NCBI GenBank assembly: GCA_965249485.1
Contig: OZ252239.1
Location: 2,496,001 to 2,560,000, forward strand
Direction: 5' to 3'
Length of the DNA stretch: 64,000 nt
Source of the DNA: a bacterium
Lineage (GTDB): Bacteria > SM23-31
Below, in pieces: positions 40,401 to 51,373 of this stretch (position 1 is the first letter of the stretch; each line of letters opens with the position of its first letter). A program made the position numbers and the translations under genes. A model generated the notes under the pieces. That model was not told the origin of the DNA, made no database searches, and was given only the letters and a program-made list of their open reading frames with translations.

Positions 40401-41577
40401 TGGCGGAAGTAGTCTGCCGCAGTTTGTGCTGTCAAAAGGTTCAATAACCGGTAGTGCTTTTGCTCTAAAAGTGAGTGATATCCCCAGCATTACTTCTTTG
40501 ATTGACGATGCAGAATATTACTGGCGTGTGCAGGGATTTGACAATCGAGGTGGCCAAACTGTGTCTACATCTGGTACACATTCGTTCCATCTTAATATCG
40601 CAAATAATCCGCCATTGGTACCATCAAGTGGCATTAGTCCGGTATCAAGTGTGTCAGTAATTGTGCCACAGCCTATATTTCGCTGGGATCCAGCAACTGA
40701 TCCGGATTTCAGTGATCCTTCGTCATCATTAAAATATGCTCTTGAATTGTCGAATAATAATTTCCAGCTTGGATTTGACGAAAGAGTCATTACCGAAGCT
40801 GGAATTGATACCTTTATTAGCCCTGTTTTCTTTGAAGATAATGAAATTTGGTATTATAGATTAAGCACAATCGATGACGAGGGAACTTCTTCTCCGCAGG
40901 GTTCAATCATGCAAATATTTATTAACACCATACAAGAGCCTCCCGGGACATTTAATCTGGTATTGCCACAGGAAAACTTCGGATATTCATCGAGGCCGGA
41001 TTCCATTTTCTTTGACTGGAGCGACAGCTTCGATCCTGATCCAGGCAATTTAATATATTATAAGCTTGAAATTAGTGTAGATGACGATTTCTCCAATGAA
41101 AATGTTGTCTTGTTTGTAGATAATATCTCGAAAAATACATCATTTATCAATGTTTCTACTAATGTCTTGGAAAAAGGATCATATTATTGGAGAATTTTAG
41201 CCATCGATGATGGAGGGCTCAGTACTCCAAGTAGTGCAGCACGGATGTTTGGATTAATCACGTCTATAAAAGAAGACAGGTCAAATACCATAATTCCTCG
41301 ACAATTTGAAGTTGCACAAAACTATCCGAATCCATTCAATAATCAAACGGTGATAAAATATAGTTTACCGTATATATCACCGGTTAGAGTTACTATATAC
41401 AGTATTTCAGGTCAGATTATCCACAATGAATCATATTCAACGTTAAGTCCGGGCAATTATATTTTCAACTGGGATGGTACAGGGCACCATAGGAAACCTG
41501 TAGCATCGGGTGTCTATATAGCTGTCATTTCAACAAAGTTTGAGAGTAGTGCGCAGCGAATGATGTTAGTCAAGTAG
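37464..41577 (+). pseudogene. Large secreted modular protein (BNR/VPS10-like propeller, six Ig/cadherin-like repeats, Fn3-like domains, T9SS/FlgD-like C-terminal domain), broken by a +1 frameshift near 38010 and an in-frame TAA at 40111-40113
   Basis: Signal peptide; S.D.G.TW Asp-boxes; repeated N..P....D.....EG....F.V.A.D.D.D units; QNYPNPFN...WDG...VASGVY; ORFs 38038 and 40162 share a frame and the repeat continues across the TAA (GVY*LRFTVDD). Confidence 0.85.
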
Positions 41578-41635
41578 AACATACAAGTGGAGTAATCAGA
41601 CTGTACCATAATAGTATAAATACTGCATCGAAACC

Positions 41636-42916
41636 ATGAGTGTGCGGTTACCAGCCATCAAACATACTTCTCTTTCGTTAACTTCAAAAGTCATATTTAA
41701 ACCGGTAACAGCCCTGCAATCATTAAAAGCAGGAGATATCATTGCAGGTAAAATTGTCGATTTATTTTCCCAAAATGCATATGTTGTGCGTCTCGGCGGG
41801 CAAGAGGTCGTTGTGCAATCGCACATCGCATTGACACCAAAACAAGAGTACTCCTTACAGGTTCTTTCAACGGCGCCCGAGCTTTTGTTAAAGGTGAAGG
41901 ATTCACTTCATGAGCTTTCGCACAAACAGCAAGTCTCTCAAATTCTCAAAGCGTTTCATCTCCCTGCTAGTGCTTTAACGCGGCAAATTGTGACACAAAT
42001 GCTTAGTCTTGGTATTCCTATATCAAATAATAACATAATTGTCTCTTCTGAGATTATAAAACAGATGTTCAAAAGAAAGGGAAGCGGTAAGATTAGTGAT
42101 TCAGAAATACGCGCAATAGTAATATTAAAGCGCTATAATATTTCTCTCTCTGGTGCTTCCATTGCAATAGCTAGAAAGCTATTTGAAAATGGATTTCCTT
42201 TGTTCAATGATAAAGAATTCAAAATCGAATGGAATGTGCTGAGCAAGTCTACAGTCGAATTACCTATCCTGCTACAAGAATTTGTTAATGCAAATACTTT
42301 GAGTGAAAAAGCAGTTACAACTGCGAAATTGTCTTCCGTCATAGATGTGCTCACCGCAAATGACGATGATGTTGGCTTATCTCAATTTGTAAGCACAATA
42401 GTGCAATCAAAAAATCTTATTGGAAATGGACTCTATTTTCATGTTTTTTTAGCAGCGATTAAGATACTCGGTGGATATCGGTTATCGCATATCGTATCAG
42501 AAGAAATCAAAAACATAGATTCACCATTTTACTTTCCACTCATGCTATGTTTAGATTCTCATAATATGAATGTAGAGTTTTTTTACCGTACTATGACATT
42601 TTATCCGGAGAATTTTGAGAAGACACCGGGTTTTCAGTTAAACATTTTAATTTATATTGAAAATTCATCACCACTTCATATTGTGGTTACAAAAAAAGCA
42701 CAGCAAATGATTTCTATTAAATTTCACCATCCTCATGAAAACAACATAAACTTGCTTGAACTCAACCAAGGACTACTAAAACAAATTCTTGTTCGGCATG
42801 GTTACTCAACAGTGAATATCTCATACCATATTACCGATACATCTGATCCTCTGTACAGGGCCGGTTTGTTTATGCACAAAATGACAATCACTAAATCAGT
42901 AAATATTACCGGTTAA
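41636..42916 (+). CDS. Hypothetical protein with a FliK-like (hook-length control) N-terminal signature
   Basis: LKAGDIIAGKIVD...VRLGGQEVVVQS..LTP.....LQV....P...LKV resembles N-termini of proteins annotated as FliK-like; recognition from memory only. Confidence 0.45.
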   Translation: MSVRLPAIKHTSLSLTSKVIFKPVTALQSLKAGDIIAGKIVDLFSQNAYVVRLGGQEVVVQSHIALTPKQEYSLQVLSTAPELLLKVKDSLHELSHKQQVSQILKAFHLPASALTRQIVTQMLSLGIPISNNNIIVSSEIIKQMFKRKGSGKISDSEIRAIVILKRYNISLSGASIAIARKLFENGFPLFNDKEFKIEWNVLSKSTVELPILLQEFVNANTLSEKAVTTAKLSSVIDVLTANDDDVGLSQFVSTIVQSKNLIGNGLYFHVFLAAIKILGGYRLSHIVSEEIKNIDSPFYFPLMLCLDSHNMNVEFFYRTMTFYPENFEKTPGFQLNILIYIENSSPLHIVVTKKAQQMISIKFHHPHENNINLLELNQGLLKQILVRHGYSTVNISYHITDTSDPLYRAGLFMHKMTITKSVNITG

Positions 42917-43010
42917 TATTCGCTGTACTGAAAAAATAACTCTTTCAACTTCCGTGTTTATCTAATCTATTTTCAAAGACTTACATGTGCTGTATCTTAT
43001 TCAATACTGC

Positions 43011-43039
43011 TTGACATTTGAATATAATTCGCGTAATTT
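43011..43039 (+). promoter_or_regulatory. Sigma-70-type promoter of uppS
   Basis: TTGACA-17 nt-TAATTT. Confidence 0.6.
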
Positions 43040-43101
43040 TATAAGTTTACTTTTAATATGACATGGTGCAGAAAAGATACACTTAAGTTGCAGTAAGAAA
43101 A

Positions 43102-43857
43102 ATGGAAGAGAACAGAATTGGAAATGTGATCCGGAATAAGAATGTTCCAAAGCATGTTGCTATAATAATGGATGGGAATGGACGCTGGGCCAAGCAACGG
43201 AAGCTGCCTCGTGTTGCTGGTCATAATGAGGGTATCAATTCTGTAAGAGAAATTGTAAAAGTGTCCACGAAGCTTGGAATAAAAGTTTTGACCTTATATA
43301 CTTTTTCATCAGAAAACTGGAAACGCCCAAAGACTGAAGTTACTGCATTGATGCATTTATTAGTAACAACGATCAGGAAGGAAGTGCAAGAGCTTCTGGA
43401 ACAAAATGTACAAATCAGAACAATAGGAAGATTAGAGGATTTGCCGAAATTGCCTCGAAAAGAAATACAAGAGGCAATAAAAAAAACAGCAGATAATACG
43501 GGGTTGATATTGAATCTGGCACTTAGTTACTCAAGCAGAAATGAAATATTATACGCAGTGAAATGTATAATAGACAGAGTACAATCAGGTGACTTAGATG
43601 GAACTGATTTAACTGAAGAAATGTTTTCGGAGTTTTTGTATACACAAGGACTGCGGGACCCTGATTTGCTTATAAGGACAAGCGGAGAATCTCGTATAAG
43701 TAACTTTCTGTTATGGCAACTTGCATATACGGAGTTGTTTATTACAAACATTTTGTGGCCCGATTTTAGGGAAAAAGAATTTTTGGATGCTGTGGAAAAT
43801 TACCAGACACGAGAAAGACGATTTGGTCTTGTCAGTGAACAGCTTTCAGGTAAATGA
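43102..43857 (+). CDS. uppS: Undecaprenyl diphosphate synthase (isoprenyl transferase)
   Basis: HVAIIMDGNGRWA, FSSENWKRP, IRTSGESRISNFLLWQ, RERRFG. Confidence 0.97.
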   Translation: MEENRIGNVIRNKNVPKHVAIIMDGNGRWAKQRKLPRVAGHNEGINSVREIVKVSTKLGIKVLTLYTFSSENWKRPKTEVTALMHLLVTTIRKEVQELLEQNVQIRTIGRLEDLPKLPRKEIQEAIKKTADNTGLILNLALSYSSRNEILYAVKCIIDRVQSGDLDGTDLTEEMFSEFLYTQGLRDPDLLIRTSGESRISNFLLWQLAYTELFITNILWPDFREKEFLDAVENYQTRERRFGLVSEQLSGK

Positions 43858-43979
43858 TCAAGAACTAATTAGAATAATAATTAAATATTCATAAATTGCT
43901 GAAAATATAGAAGTTTGGAACCTCCTATTATCTTATTCGTTAAAAGATTAGAAAATTATTGGATTAGATTAATTAGTTT

Positions 43980-46900
43980 ATGTTAAAACGTGCATTAAAA
44001 TTAAGAAATCTCTCAATTCTTCTAGGGTCTCTTTTTCTGCTCGGAAGTGTGGGTGTTTATATCGGTTGGGACTTATTCCGGGCAAGTGAACGCATAAAAT
44101 TGCTTATTCAGGAAGAGGCAGGGGAACAGCTCAAAGAAACTATCAATATTGAACAAGCGAGGATTGGCTTCGGATATGTTGCTCTTGACAATCTGGAATT
44201 TGGATTGAATGAAGGTGTGGATTCTGTTGCGATTTCTGAATTACAGATTGGCTGGAGCAATATTGAGTATTTGAAATCGTGGTTTGAACCGCAGAAAGGT
44301 ATTACTGAAGTTCGCATAGTGCAACCTGAATTTTTTATCGGACCACTGTCATCTTCAGATGGAGACAATATTAATGAAAACGATTTATACATCAGACGTG
44401 ACCAGATAGTCAAAAAAATTCACGAAACCACCCGTCAGATCATTAACAGCTTTCAAAATGTTTCACGCGTAGCAATTAATGATGCGGTCGTTTATTATCG
44501 AGATGCCTCGGAAAATATTCAGCGTGTTGCCTACGAAATTAATGGCCAGTTGACTTTAGATGAACAATCGTCTGCAGAATTAAGTGTTACTGGTCGACTC
44601 TTTAGTGCCCAGGATGACAATGTAACGATAGATACGTATGTTGATATCAGAAAATTTGATTTTATTGCAGACGTTGAGATCTCCAATTTTGATCTTCCAC
44701 TTGGTTTGCCTGACTGGATGCTTGATACAATCCAATTTAATAAAGGTGAAGTGAGTTTGCAGCTTCATGTAGTTAAGGATTCGCAATCAGAGAATCAATC
44801 CGATTATTTGGTAGATGGCATCATCGATGTGTCTGGTGCAGATTATGTGCTCGTAAACTCTAATATCCCGATTTATAATGCACGTGCAACTGCCCATATT
44901 GACCAAGGCGTTTTGAACATTATGTCCTGGAATCAAGATTTAGCGGATGGAAAAGTTGAAATCACCGGCAATGTCCGCAGTTTTATTGATCCAGAAGTGA
45001 ATGTGAATGTTCTAGTGTATAATGCTGATATAGATGAAATACAAAGCCGTCTCTTCAACGAAAAACAATATGAATTCACCGGATTATTGTCCGGAAATTT
45101 TGATGTGGCAGGGCGGATGCATGATAATCTAGAAATTTCCGGTTATGTACAGTCAGATTCCCTTGTTCATGAGTCATGGGCGCTGTATGACATAAACTCC
45201 TTGATTTCAATGAGATATCCTGATGTTTCGATAGAGTCATTTGATGCCACGTATAAGAAAACCAGCATATCGTTTGCCGGTTACCATAACTTTACTGACC
45301 CTGAGCAGACCAGTCTCTCGGGACAAATCCGTGGTGATTTGATGTCATGGTTTAAAAGTTTACCACTTCTCGAAGAAAATAAATATTTTGGTGAGGCTGA
45401 CTTTACATTTCAAGGTCCTTTTGAATCCTATACTGGTGAGGGTGCAATATCTCTATCCAGCGCGAACGAAACCAGCACGAAAACAATTGGAGGAACATTT
45501 CTTCTTTCAAATGAGGATATCCTTATTCAGGGGAAGTCTGCCGATCAGGATTTTGATTTCAATGGTTGGTTGTCGCTTGATTTGACTGATTTTCAATTAG
45601 AGTTATCAAATGCTTTGCCAGTTCTACAGCATGAGCTTAGTCTGGATGATGATTATTTTGATGATATCGCCGTTGAGCTTAACATATTGATAAATGGCAA
45701 GAATTCAAATACTGAAATACATGCTGTTGCTTTAACCAATCTATCTGATACTCTTTTCACATATTATGGTGATTATAATAATCAGAGTAATGATGTTGCT
45801 CTTTTGGAAAGCGAATTCAACATTTCTTTGCCTGGTGAAAATTCATTATTCGTCACCGGAGAATTGTCTAAAGATGGACCTAATTATCTGCTTAGTAACA
45901 TTCAGAGTCCCGGTCTATTTTACGGATCTGGTGAAATTATAGAAAATGGACACCTTTCAGTTCGAGGCGATATCCGAATACTTTCATCCATTGATTATTT
46001 AAATGAATATTTTGGTCATCCAGTACTTGAAAATGGGATAGTAGAAGGCAATGTCACTGTACGGGGAACCGTAAGTGAACCGGATTTAAAGGGCGCTCTT
46101 ACTCTTTCTGGTGGTGTCAAGGATTCATTAGGCAACATATATGGTCAGATAGATATTGCTTCTTCTGATTGGTCTGAACTAAAATTTACCAATATATCGG
46201 TAAAGAATGATGGTACTGAAATTCTTTATGGCGATGGTTATTTCGATTTTATTAACAATGAAAAGGAGTTAAGCCTTCATGGGAGTGGCGTGTCATCGCA
46301 TATTTATAACTCACTTTTCGCTTGGAATCCAAAGATATTACAGGGAGATGTTACCTTTAATCTGAACTATTCTAATGATGGCAATCACAATTTGATTTTA
46401 GGTTCAATCGATGTTCCTGTTGGGAAATTGGATAGATTTGATTTTTACGGTTTGCACATTGACCTTGCTTCACCGCTTGATATGCTCGAAGATACAAGGG
46501 AAGTGATTGAGGAAAATAGTCAATTGCCTGTCGGAGCATGGATTCGAAATATGAACGTGTCCATGCTTGATAGCGTCGCAATTAAAGGGTCAGGGTTTTT
46601 GTCATTTACAGATGATAGTGAATCAGATTTCATGCTTTCAATGAATGGTAATTTTCTATCGGTATTTCCTGCTATGGATAAATTTTTCCTCAGTTCCGAA
46701 GGCGTCGGTGCGGCAGATATGAATATAACAGGGAGCATTATTAATCCAACGATAGGGTATGGAAACTTGACAATTATGAATGGCAGTCTTGCCATGGAAT
46801 CAGTTGTTGAGGAAGTTGAAGAAATTAATCTTGTGGCTGAGTTACAGCCTGGCAGCAGTTATATTGAATTTAAAACTTTTGAGGGAATGCTCAACGGAAA

Positions 46901-48368
46901 ATCTGCATCAATTGCCAATTCGCCGGTTGTAATCAATGAGACAGATTCTACCATTGTTGATCTTAATCCTTATGAACTTATGGAAGATGGGCTTAATTGG
47001 GGTATATTCACACTTGAAACCGATGAAAACGGCGTTGATATCAACATTCCTGATTTGATGTACGACAACGAAACCGCTCTTATGCGGCTTGTTGGACTGA
47101 ATGATGATGAAAAGTTTTATTTTTCAGGGGGAACCAGTACTATCGACAATCCTTATGTGCAAGGGAAATTGATTCTCAGAGATGGCCGAGTCACCTATCC
47201 GCCATTATTAATCAACGAAAACCCGGGTGTTGTCAAACGATTTTTGAGTTCAATATTTTGGAATGTTCAATTAGTACCAGAAAGTAACAATTTCTATGTT
47301 TTGAAAGAGCCGGTCAGTGTTTTTCAAACACTAAGTGATCTTGGGGGAGATGTTAATGTGGCTTTAAAAATGGAGGACGATAATGAGGGACTCTATTTTC
47401 TTGGAGTTGTTTCAGAAGATATTGATATTCCCTTTGTTGTTTCCGGCAATCTGGTGTCATTTCGAGGTGAAATTGAAACATTACTGATAGATTTTAATGT
47501 TGAAGCATTTGAATTGTATTTTAATCAGGTAGTTCCATATATAAAGGGTAGGGCAAAAACTGCTATTCGAGATAGAAATATCAACAGTATCACCTATGAC
47601 AAATATGTTGATGTTTATTTGATCCTTGTATCGGAAGAACTGGACTCAGATGGTGACAAAACAGGAAGATTACTCGATTACGGCACCTGGGACGATGATG
47701 GTGAGCCGCTATACCGGTATCAACTTTCACTTGATCAGAGTATTGATCAGGCTTTAGGTAGATTTTCCGTTCCTACTTCCTCTGCGAATATCAACAAAGC
47801 CATTCCGGATATTAATCCAAATATTTCAACTGAAAACAGAATACTTGAATTAATGGGGATTACTCCTGATACTATAGAAGAAACTGCAACACGTCTTGCT
47901 GTTGACCGTATGGGCGAGGTTATGATGAGTCCAATATTAAATCCTTTTAACAGAACACTGAAACGATGGATGAATCTTGATGAATTCCGTGTGAAAACCT
48001 ATTTCAGAAGAAGTTATGATGATATTGGGTTTGGGACCAGTATTCCAGTTCAGAGTTCGAAGGAGTTAACTCTCACAGAAAGCCCGTTTAGTCCACGATA
48101 TCTCTATTTAAGCCCTGAATTACGGGTAGGTAAATATATTTCACCCTCGGTTTATCTGTTATACGAGGGGCAGTATGTGCGGACAATAAACAATGATAAT
48201 CAGGACATTATGGGCCTCAATCATGTTTTTGGTATTCAGTATAGAATGCCGAGCAGTATCATATTCGAGTTTCAATACGATTATGACTTTTTCAGATTTC
48301 AAGACCAAGGCGATGCAAAACTGTGGTTCAGGCACCAAATTCAATTAACAGATGACGAAAAATATTAA
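43980..48368 (+). CDS. AsmA/TamB-like large periplasmic beta-taco protein
   Basis: 1462 aa with an N-terminal membrane anchor, beta-rich repeats (GTVSEPDLKG, GSIINPTI) and C-terminal VGKYISPSVYLLY; directly upstream of bamA. Confidence 0.65.
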   Translation: MLKRALKLRNLSILLGSLFLLGSVGVYIGWDLFRASERIKLLIQEEAGEQLKETINIEQARIGFGYVALDNLEFGLNEGVDSVAISELQIGWSNIEYLKSWFEPQKGITEVRIVQPEFFIGPLSSSDGDNINENDLYIRRDQIVKKIHETTRQIINSFQNVSRVAINDAVVYYRDASENIQRVAYEINGQLTLDEQSSAELSVTGRLFSAQDDNVTIDTYVDIRKFDFIADVEISNFDLPLGLPDWMLDTIQFNKGEVSLQLHVVKDSQSENQSDYLVDGIIDVSGADYVLVNSNIPIYNARATAHIDQGVLNIMSWNQDLADGKVEITGNVRSFIDPEVNVNVLVYNADIDEIQSRLFNEKQYEFTGLLSGNFDVAGRMHDNLEISGYVQSDSLVHESWALYDINSLISMRYPDVSIESFDATYKKTSISFAGYHNFTDPEQTSLSGQIRGDLMSWFKSLPLLEENKYFGEADFTFQGPFESYTGEGAISLSSANETSTKTIGGTFLLSNEDILIQGKSADQDFDFNGWLSLDLTDFQLELSNALPVLQHELSLDDDYFDDIAVELNILINGKNSNTEIHAVALTNLSDTLFTYYGDYNNQSNDVALLESEFNISLPGENSLFVTGELSKDGPNYLLSNIQSPGLFYGSGEIIENGHLSVRGDIRILSSIDYLNEYFGHPVLENGIVEGNVTVRGTVSEPDLKGALTLSGGVKDSLGNIYGQIDIASSDWSELKFTNISVKNDGTEILYGDGYFDFINNEKELSLHGSGVSSHIYNSLFAWNPKILQGDVTFNLNYSNDGNHNLILGSIDVPVGKLDRFDFYGLHIDLASPLDMLEDTREVIEENSQLPVGAWIRNMNVSMLDSVAIKGSGFLSFTDDSESDFMLSMNGNFLSVFPAMDKFFLSSEGVGAADMNITGSIINPTIGYGNLTIMNGSLAMESVVEEVEEINLVAELQPGSSYIEFKTFEGMLNGKSASIANSPVVINETDSTIVDLNPYELMEDGLNWGIFTLETDENGVDINIPDLMYDNETALMRLVGLNDDEKFYFSGGTSTIDNPYVQGKLILRDGRVTYPPLLINENPGVVKRFLSSIFWNVQLVPESNNFYVLKEPVSVFQTLSDLGGDVNVALKMEDDNEGLYFLGVVSEDIDIPFVVSGNLVSFRGEIETLLIDFNVEAFELYFNQVVPYIKGRAKTAIRDRNINSITYDKYVDVYLILVSEELDSDGDKTGRLLDYGTWDDDGEPLYRYQLSLDQSIDQALGRFSVPTSSANINKAIPDINPNISTENRILELMGITPDTIEETATRLAVDRMGEVMMSPILNPFNRTLKRWMNLDEFRVKTYFRRSYDDIGFGTSIPVQSSKELTLTESPFSPRYLYLSPELRVGKYISPSVYLLYEGQYVRTINNDNQDIMGLNHVFGIQYRMPSSIIFEFQYDYDFFRFQDQGDAKLWFRHQIQLTDDEKY

Positions 48369-48409
48369 TGCATTGGCGAACTTCTTTGTAATTTCATGGT
48401 ATAAACGTT

Positions 48410-50767
48410 ATGTTTCAATCTTTAGCAGAAAAAGGTATAATGCGATTTTTAACGACACTCTTATTAGTAGTATTGGTATATTCAAGTCTCAATGCTCAAA
48501 ATACTAATGGCAGCCGTGATCCAAAGATTCTCGGCAGTATTGAGATTGAGGGAAACGGAACTATTTCCGACGATCTTATAAAACTCTATTCTGAGTTAAT
48601 GCCCCTCCCCAAAGAGGTTTTTGCCGAAGACTTTTCAAATGCAGTAAGCAAATTGTGGAATCTGCAATCGTTTAGCGATGTGCAAATATATGCACTCAAT
48701 CCTGCTGACAGAGTTGTGGATATTATGATCAAAGTTGAGGAATACCCCTCATTAAACCAAATACATATAGTCGGCAATAAAAAAGTCAAAGAGGGTGATA
48801 TAAAAAATCTCATCGGTCTCTATGCCGGACAGAAAATCAGTCCATCTCATGTCAGTTCTGCAATTGATAAAATCAAAAATTTATATATCGAAAAAGGTTA
48901 TTTGCTTGCTACCATAGATGCCGGATCAGCGGTAAATGAAGAGACTAATAAGGTTGATGTGGTATATACAATCAATGAAGGTGAAAAAGTTAAAATTGAA
49001 CATATCAATTTTTCTGGAAATGAAAATTTTAATGATAAAACATTGAGAAAGCAGCTTAGTGATACAAAAGAAAATGGGCTTTTTCGTGGTGGAGATTTCG
49101 ATCGCGCTAAATATGAGGATGATAAAAAAAAGCTGGTTGGGTATTATAAAAAAGAAGGCTTTCGGGATGCGGTTGTTGTCTCTGACTCAATTTATTACAG
49201 TGATGACAATAAAGATATGAATCTTATCATTGAAATGGAAGAAGGAACCAAATATTATTTTCGTAATATTGAAATTATTGGAAATGAAAAATATGATAGC
49301 GATCGTATTACCTCTGTGGTTGGAATAGAAAAGGGTGAAGGCTATAATTATGAAAAACTCTTAAAAAGCCGGGGTCAAGTCGAGCAACTGTATTACAATA
49401 ATGGCCATCTTTTCAGTAGAATAAATATTCCTGAACGGCCTGTAGGAAAAGATTCGGTTGATGTTCAAATTGCCATATATGAGGGAGGACCTGTAAAAGT
49501 CAATAGAATTATCATTACCGGAAATACGAAAACCAATGACAAGGTGATACGCCGCGAACTAAAAATAAAACCAGGATATATTTTTAATTATGCTTTGATT
49601 GAAAGAAGCCATAGAGACGTCTCAATTCTGAATTATTTCAGTTTTATAAACATGAAAGTTGATCCAAAAGACGAAGAAAATGTGGACTTGAGATGGATAG
49701 TTACGGAACGTTCAACTGACAGTTTTAATATGTCGATTGGTCTCAGTCAGCGGGACGGTCTGCTGGGTGGACTGGGTCTATCAATGAACAATTTCGTTGG
49801 AAACGGACAGCAGTTGTCACTGAACTGGCAATTCGGGAAAATTTTCAGAACGTTTCAAATTGGATTTACAGAACCGTGGTTATTTGACACTCAGACTCTT
49901 GCAGGATTTTCAATTTTTGATATCCGGCGTGGAGGTAGATTCTATGGATTTAATCAACAAAGTACCGGGGCATCTGTACAAATTGGTAGAAGACTCCGCT
50001 GGCCGGACGATTTTTTCAGAGGCACATGGGTCTATGAATATTCTCAGAATTCGATTTCGAATGTTGACGATGATGATGACCTCCAAAGATTTCTTATCAA
50101 CAGACTTAATACGACCAGATCAAGTGTAATGCAAGTAATCAGTCGGGACAGTAGAATCAACCTCAAATATCCGGCGCTTTCAGCAAGTTTTCCGTCGAGT
50201 GGATCAACAGTAAGACTTTCTTCAAAATTCAGTGGCGGTGTTTTAGGAGGCACTGAAAATTTTATAAAATATGAGCTAAACTCTGATTGGTATGCACCTG
50301 CATTCTGGGATTTGGTATTGTACAACAATGTTCATCTTGGATTAATCGATGTTTATGGTGAAGAAAGTAACATTTCTCTTCAAGAGCTGTTTTTTATGGG
50401 CGGAAGTGCTATGGCACTGGGCACGTCTCTTCGTGGTTATGATGAAAGGTCAGTAGGACCATTAAGTTCTTCAGGAAATCCGCTTGGTGGCAAAACTATG
50501 ATGAAATTAACGACCGAAATTAGAAAGAATGTGTTACCTAATCCTTTAGTGATCGGTGTGCTTTTTGCCGAAGCCGGAAATAACTGGTTTGATATAGATT
50601 TTGTTGATCCGTTTGATTTAAAACGGAGCGCCGGGTTCGGTTTTAGAATTGCTGTACCAATGATGGGAATGGTAGGATTTGATTTAGGTTATGGATTTGA
50701 CAATCTGGATGTGAACGGCAATTCCAAAGGCTGGAAAACGCAGTTCAGATTTGGTCAGGGATTTTAA
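48410..50767 (+). CDS. bamA: Outer membrane protein assembly factor BamA
   Basis: POTRA repeats (I.I.GN), FTEPWLFD, LRGY, RSAGFGFR, C-terminal F. Confidence 0.95.
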   Translation: MFQSLAEKGIMRFLTTLLLVVLVYSSLNAQNTNGSRDPKILGSIEIEGNGTISDDLIKLYSELMPLPKEVFAEDFSNAVSKLWNLQSFSDVQIYALNPADRVVDIMIKVEEYPSLNQIHIVGNKKVKEGDIKNLIGLYAGQKISPSHVSSAIDKIKNLYIEKGYLLATIDAGSAVNEETNKVDVVYTINEGEKVKIEHINFSGNENFNDKTLRKQLSDTKENGLFRGGDFDRAKYEDDKKKLVGYYKKEGFRDAVVVSDSIYYSDDNKDMNLIIEMEEGTKYYFRNIEIIGNEKYDSDRITSVVGIEKGEGYNYEKLLKSRGQVEQLYYNNGHLFSRINIPERPVGKDSVDVQIAIYEGGPVKVNRIIITGNTKTNDKVIRRELKIKPGYIFNYALIERSHRDVSILNYFSFINMKVDPKDEENVDLRWIVTERSTDSFNMSIGLSQRDGLLGGLGLSMNNFVGNGQQLSLNWQFGKIFRTFQIGFTEPWLFDTQTLAGFSIFDIRRGGRFYGFNQQSTGASVQIGRRLRWPDDFFRGTWVYEYSQNSISNVDDDDDLQRFLINRLNTTRSSVMQVISRDSRINLKYPALSASFPSSGSTVRLSSKFSGGVLGGTENFIKYELNSDWYAPAFWDLVLYNNVHLGLIDVYGEESNISLQELFFMGGSAMALGTSLRGYDERSVGPLSSSGNPLGGKTMMKLTTEIRKNVLPNPLVIGVLFAEAGNNWFDIDFVDPFDLKRSAGFGFRIAVPMMGMVGFDLGYGFDNLDVNGNSKGWKTQFRFGQGF

Positions 50768-50807
50768 AAATAAAAATGTAATAATATATTAAATTAAGGA
50801 GGAAGTT

Positions 50808-51347
50808 GTGAAGAAGTTTCCAATGTATTTTTTTATGACATCTGCCTGGTTTGTGATGATGTATGGTCTCTTCTCCGGCATGGCATATAAGGCCGATTTG
50901 AAAATTGGGTATGTCCATTCAACAAAAATCTTTGCTGAACACTCGGAGGCTATTGAGGCACAGAAGAAAATTGAAGCCGAACAACAGCAGGTTCAACAGC
51001 AATATCAGCTAAAACAGGAAGATTTTCAGAAAAAAGTAAAGCAATTTGAAAATCAGAGCCTTATGCTAAGTGATGCAAAAAAAGCTGAAATTCAGAAAGA
51101 ATTACAGGATTTGCAGGTTGAGATTTATAATTTTGAACAGGAAAACTTTGGTCAGGGTGGAGCATTGGAGACTCGTTGGCAGGATATGATGAAGCCGGTT
51201 GTTGATAAAGTGCAGGTCGCCATTGACAAAATTGGAACGGAACAGGGCTATGATATCATTTTTGATACAAAGAGTGGTCTTCTTCTTTATGCGAATGATG
51301 AGTTCGATATTACCGAAATTGTTGTAGAAGCATTAAATGCCAATTAA
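50808..51347 (+). CDS. skp: OmpH/Skp periplasmic chaperone
   Basis: KIGYV, coiled coil, GYDIIFD, DIT; between bamA and lpxD. Confidence 0.92.
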   Translation: MKKFPMYFFMTSAWFVMMYGLFSGMAYKADLKIGYVHSTKIFAEHSEAIEAQKKIEAEQQQVQQQYQLKQEDFQKKVKQFENQSLMLSDAKKAEIQKELQDLQVEIYNFEQENFGQGGALETRWQDMMKPVVDKVQVAIDKIGTEQGYDIIFDTKSGLLLYANDEFDITEIVVEALNAN

Positions 51348-51373
51348 GCTCTATAGATTATAAATTTTTTAGT

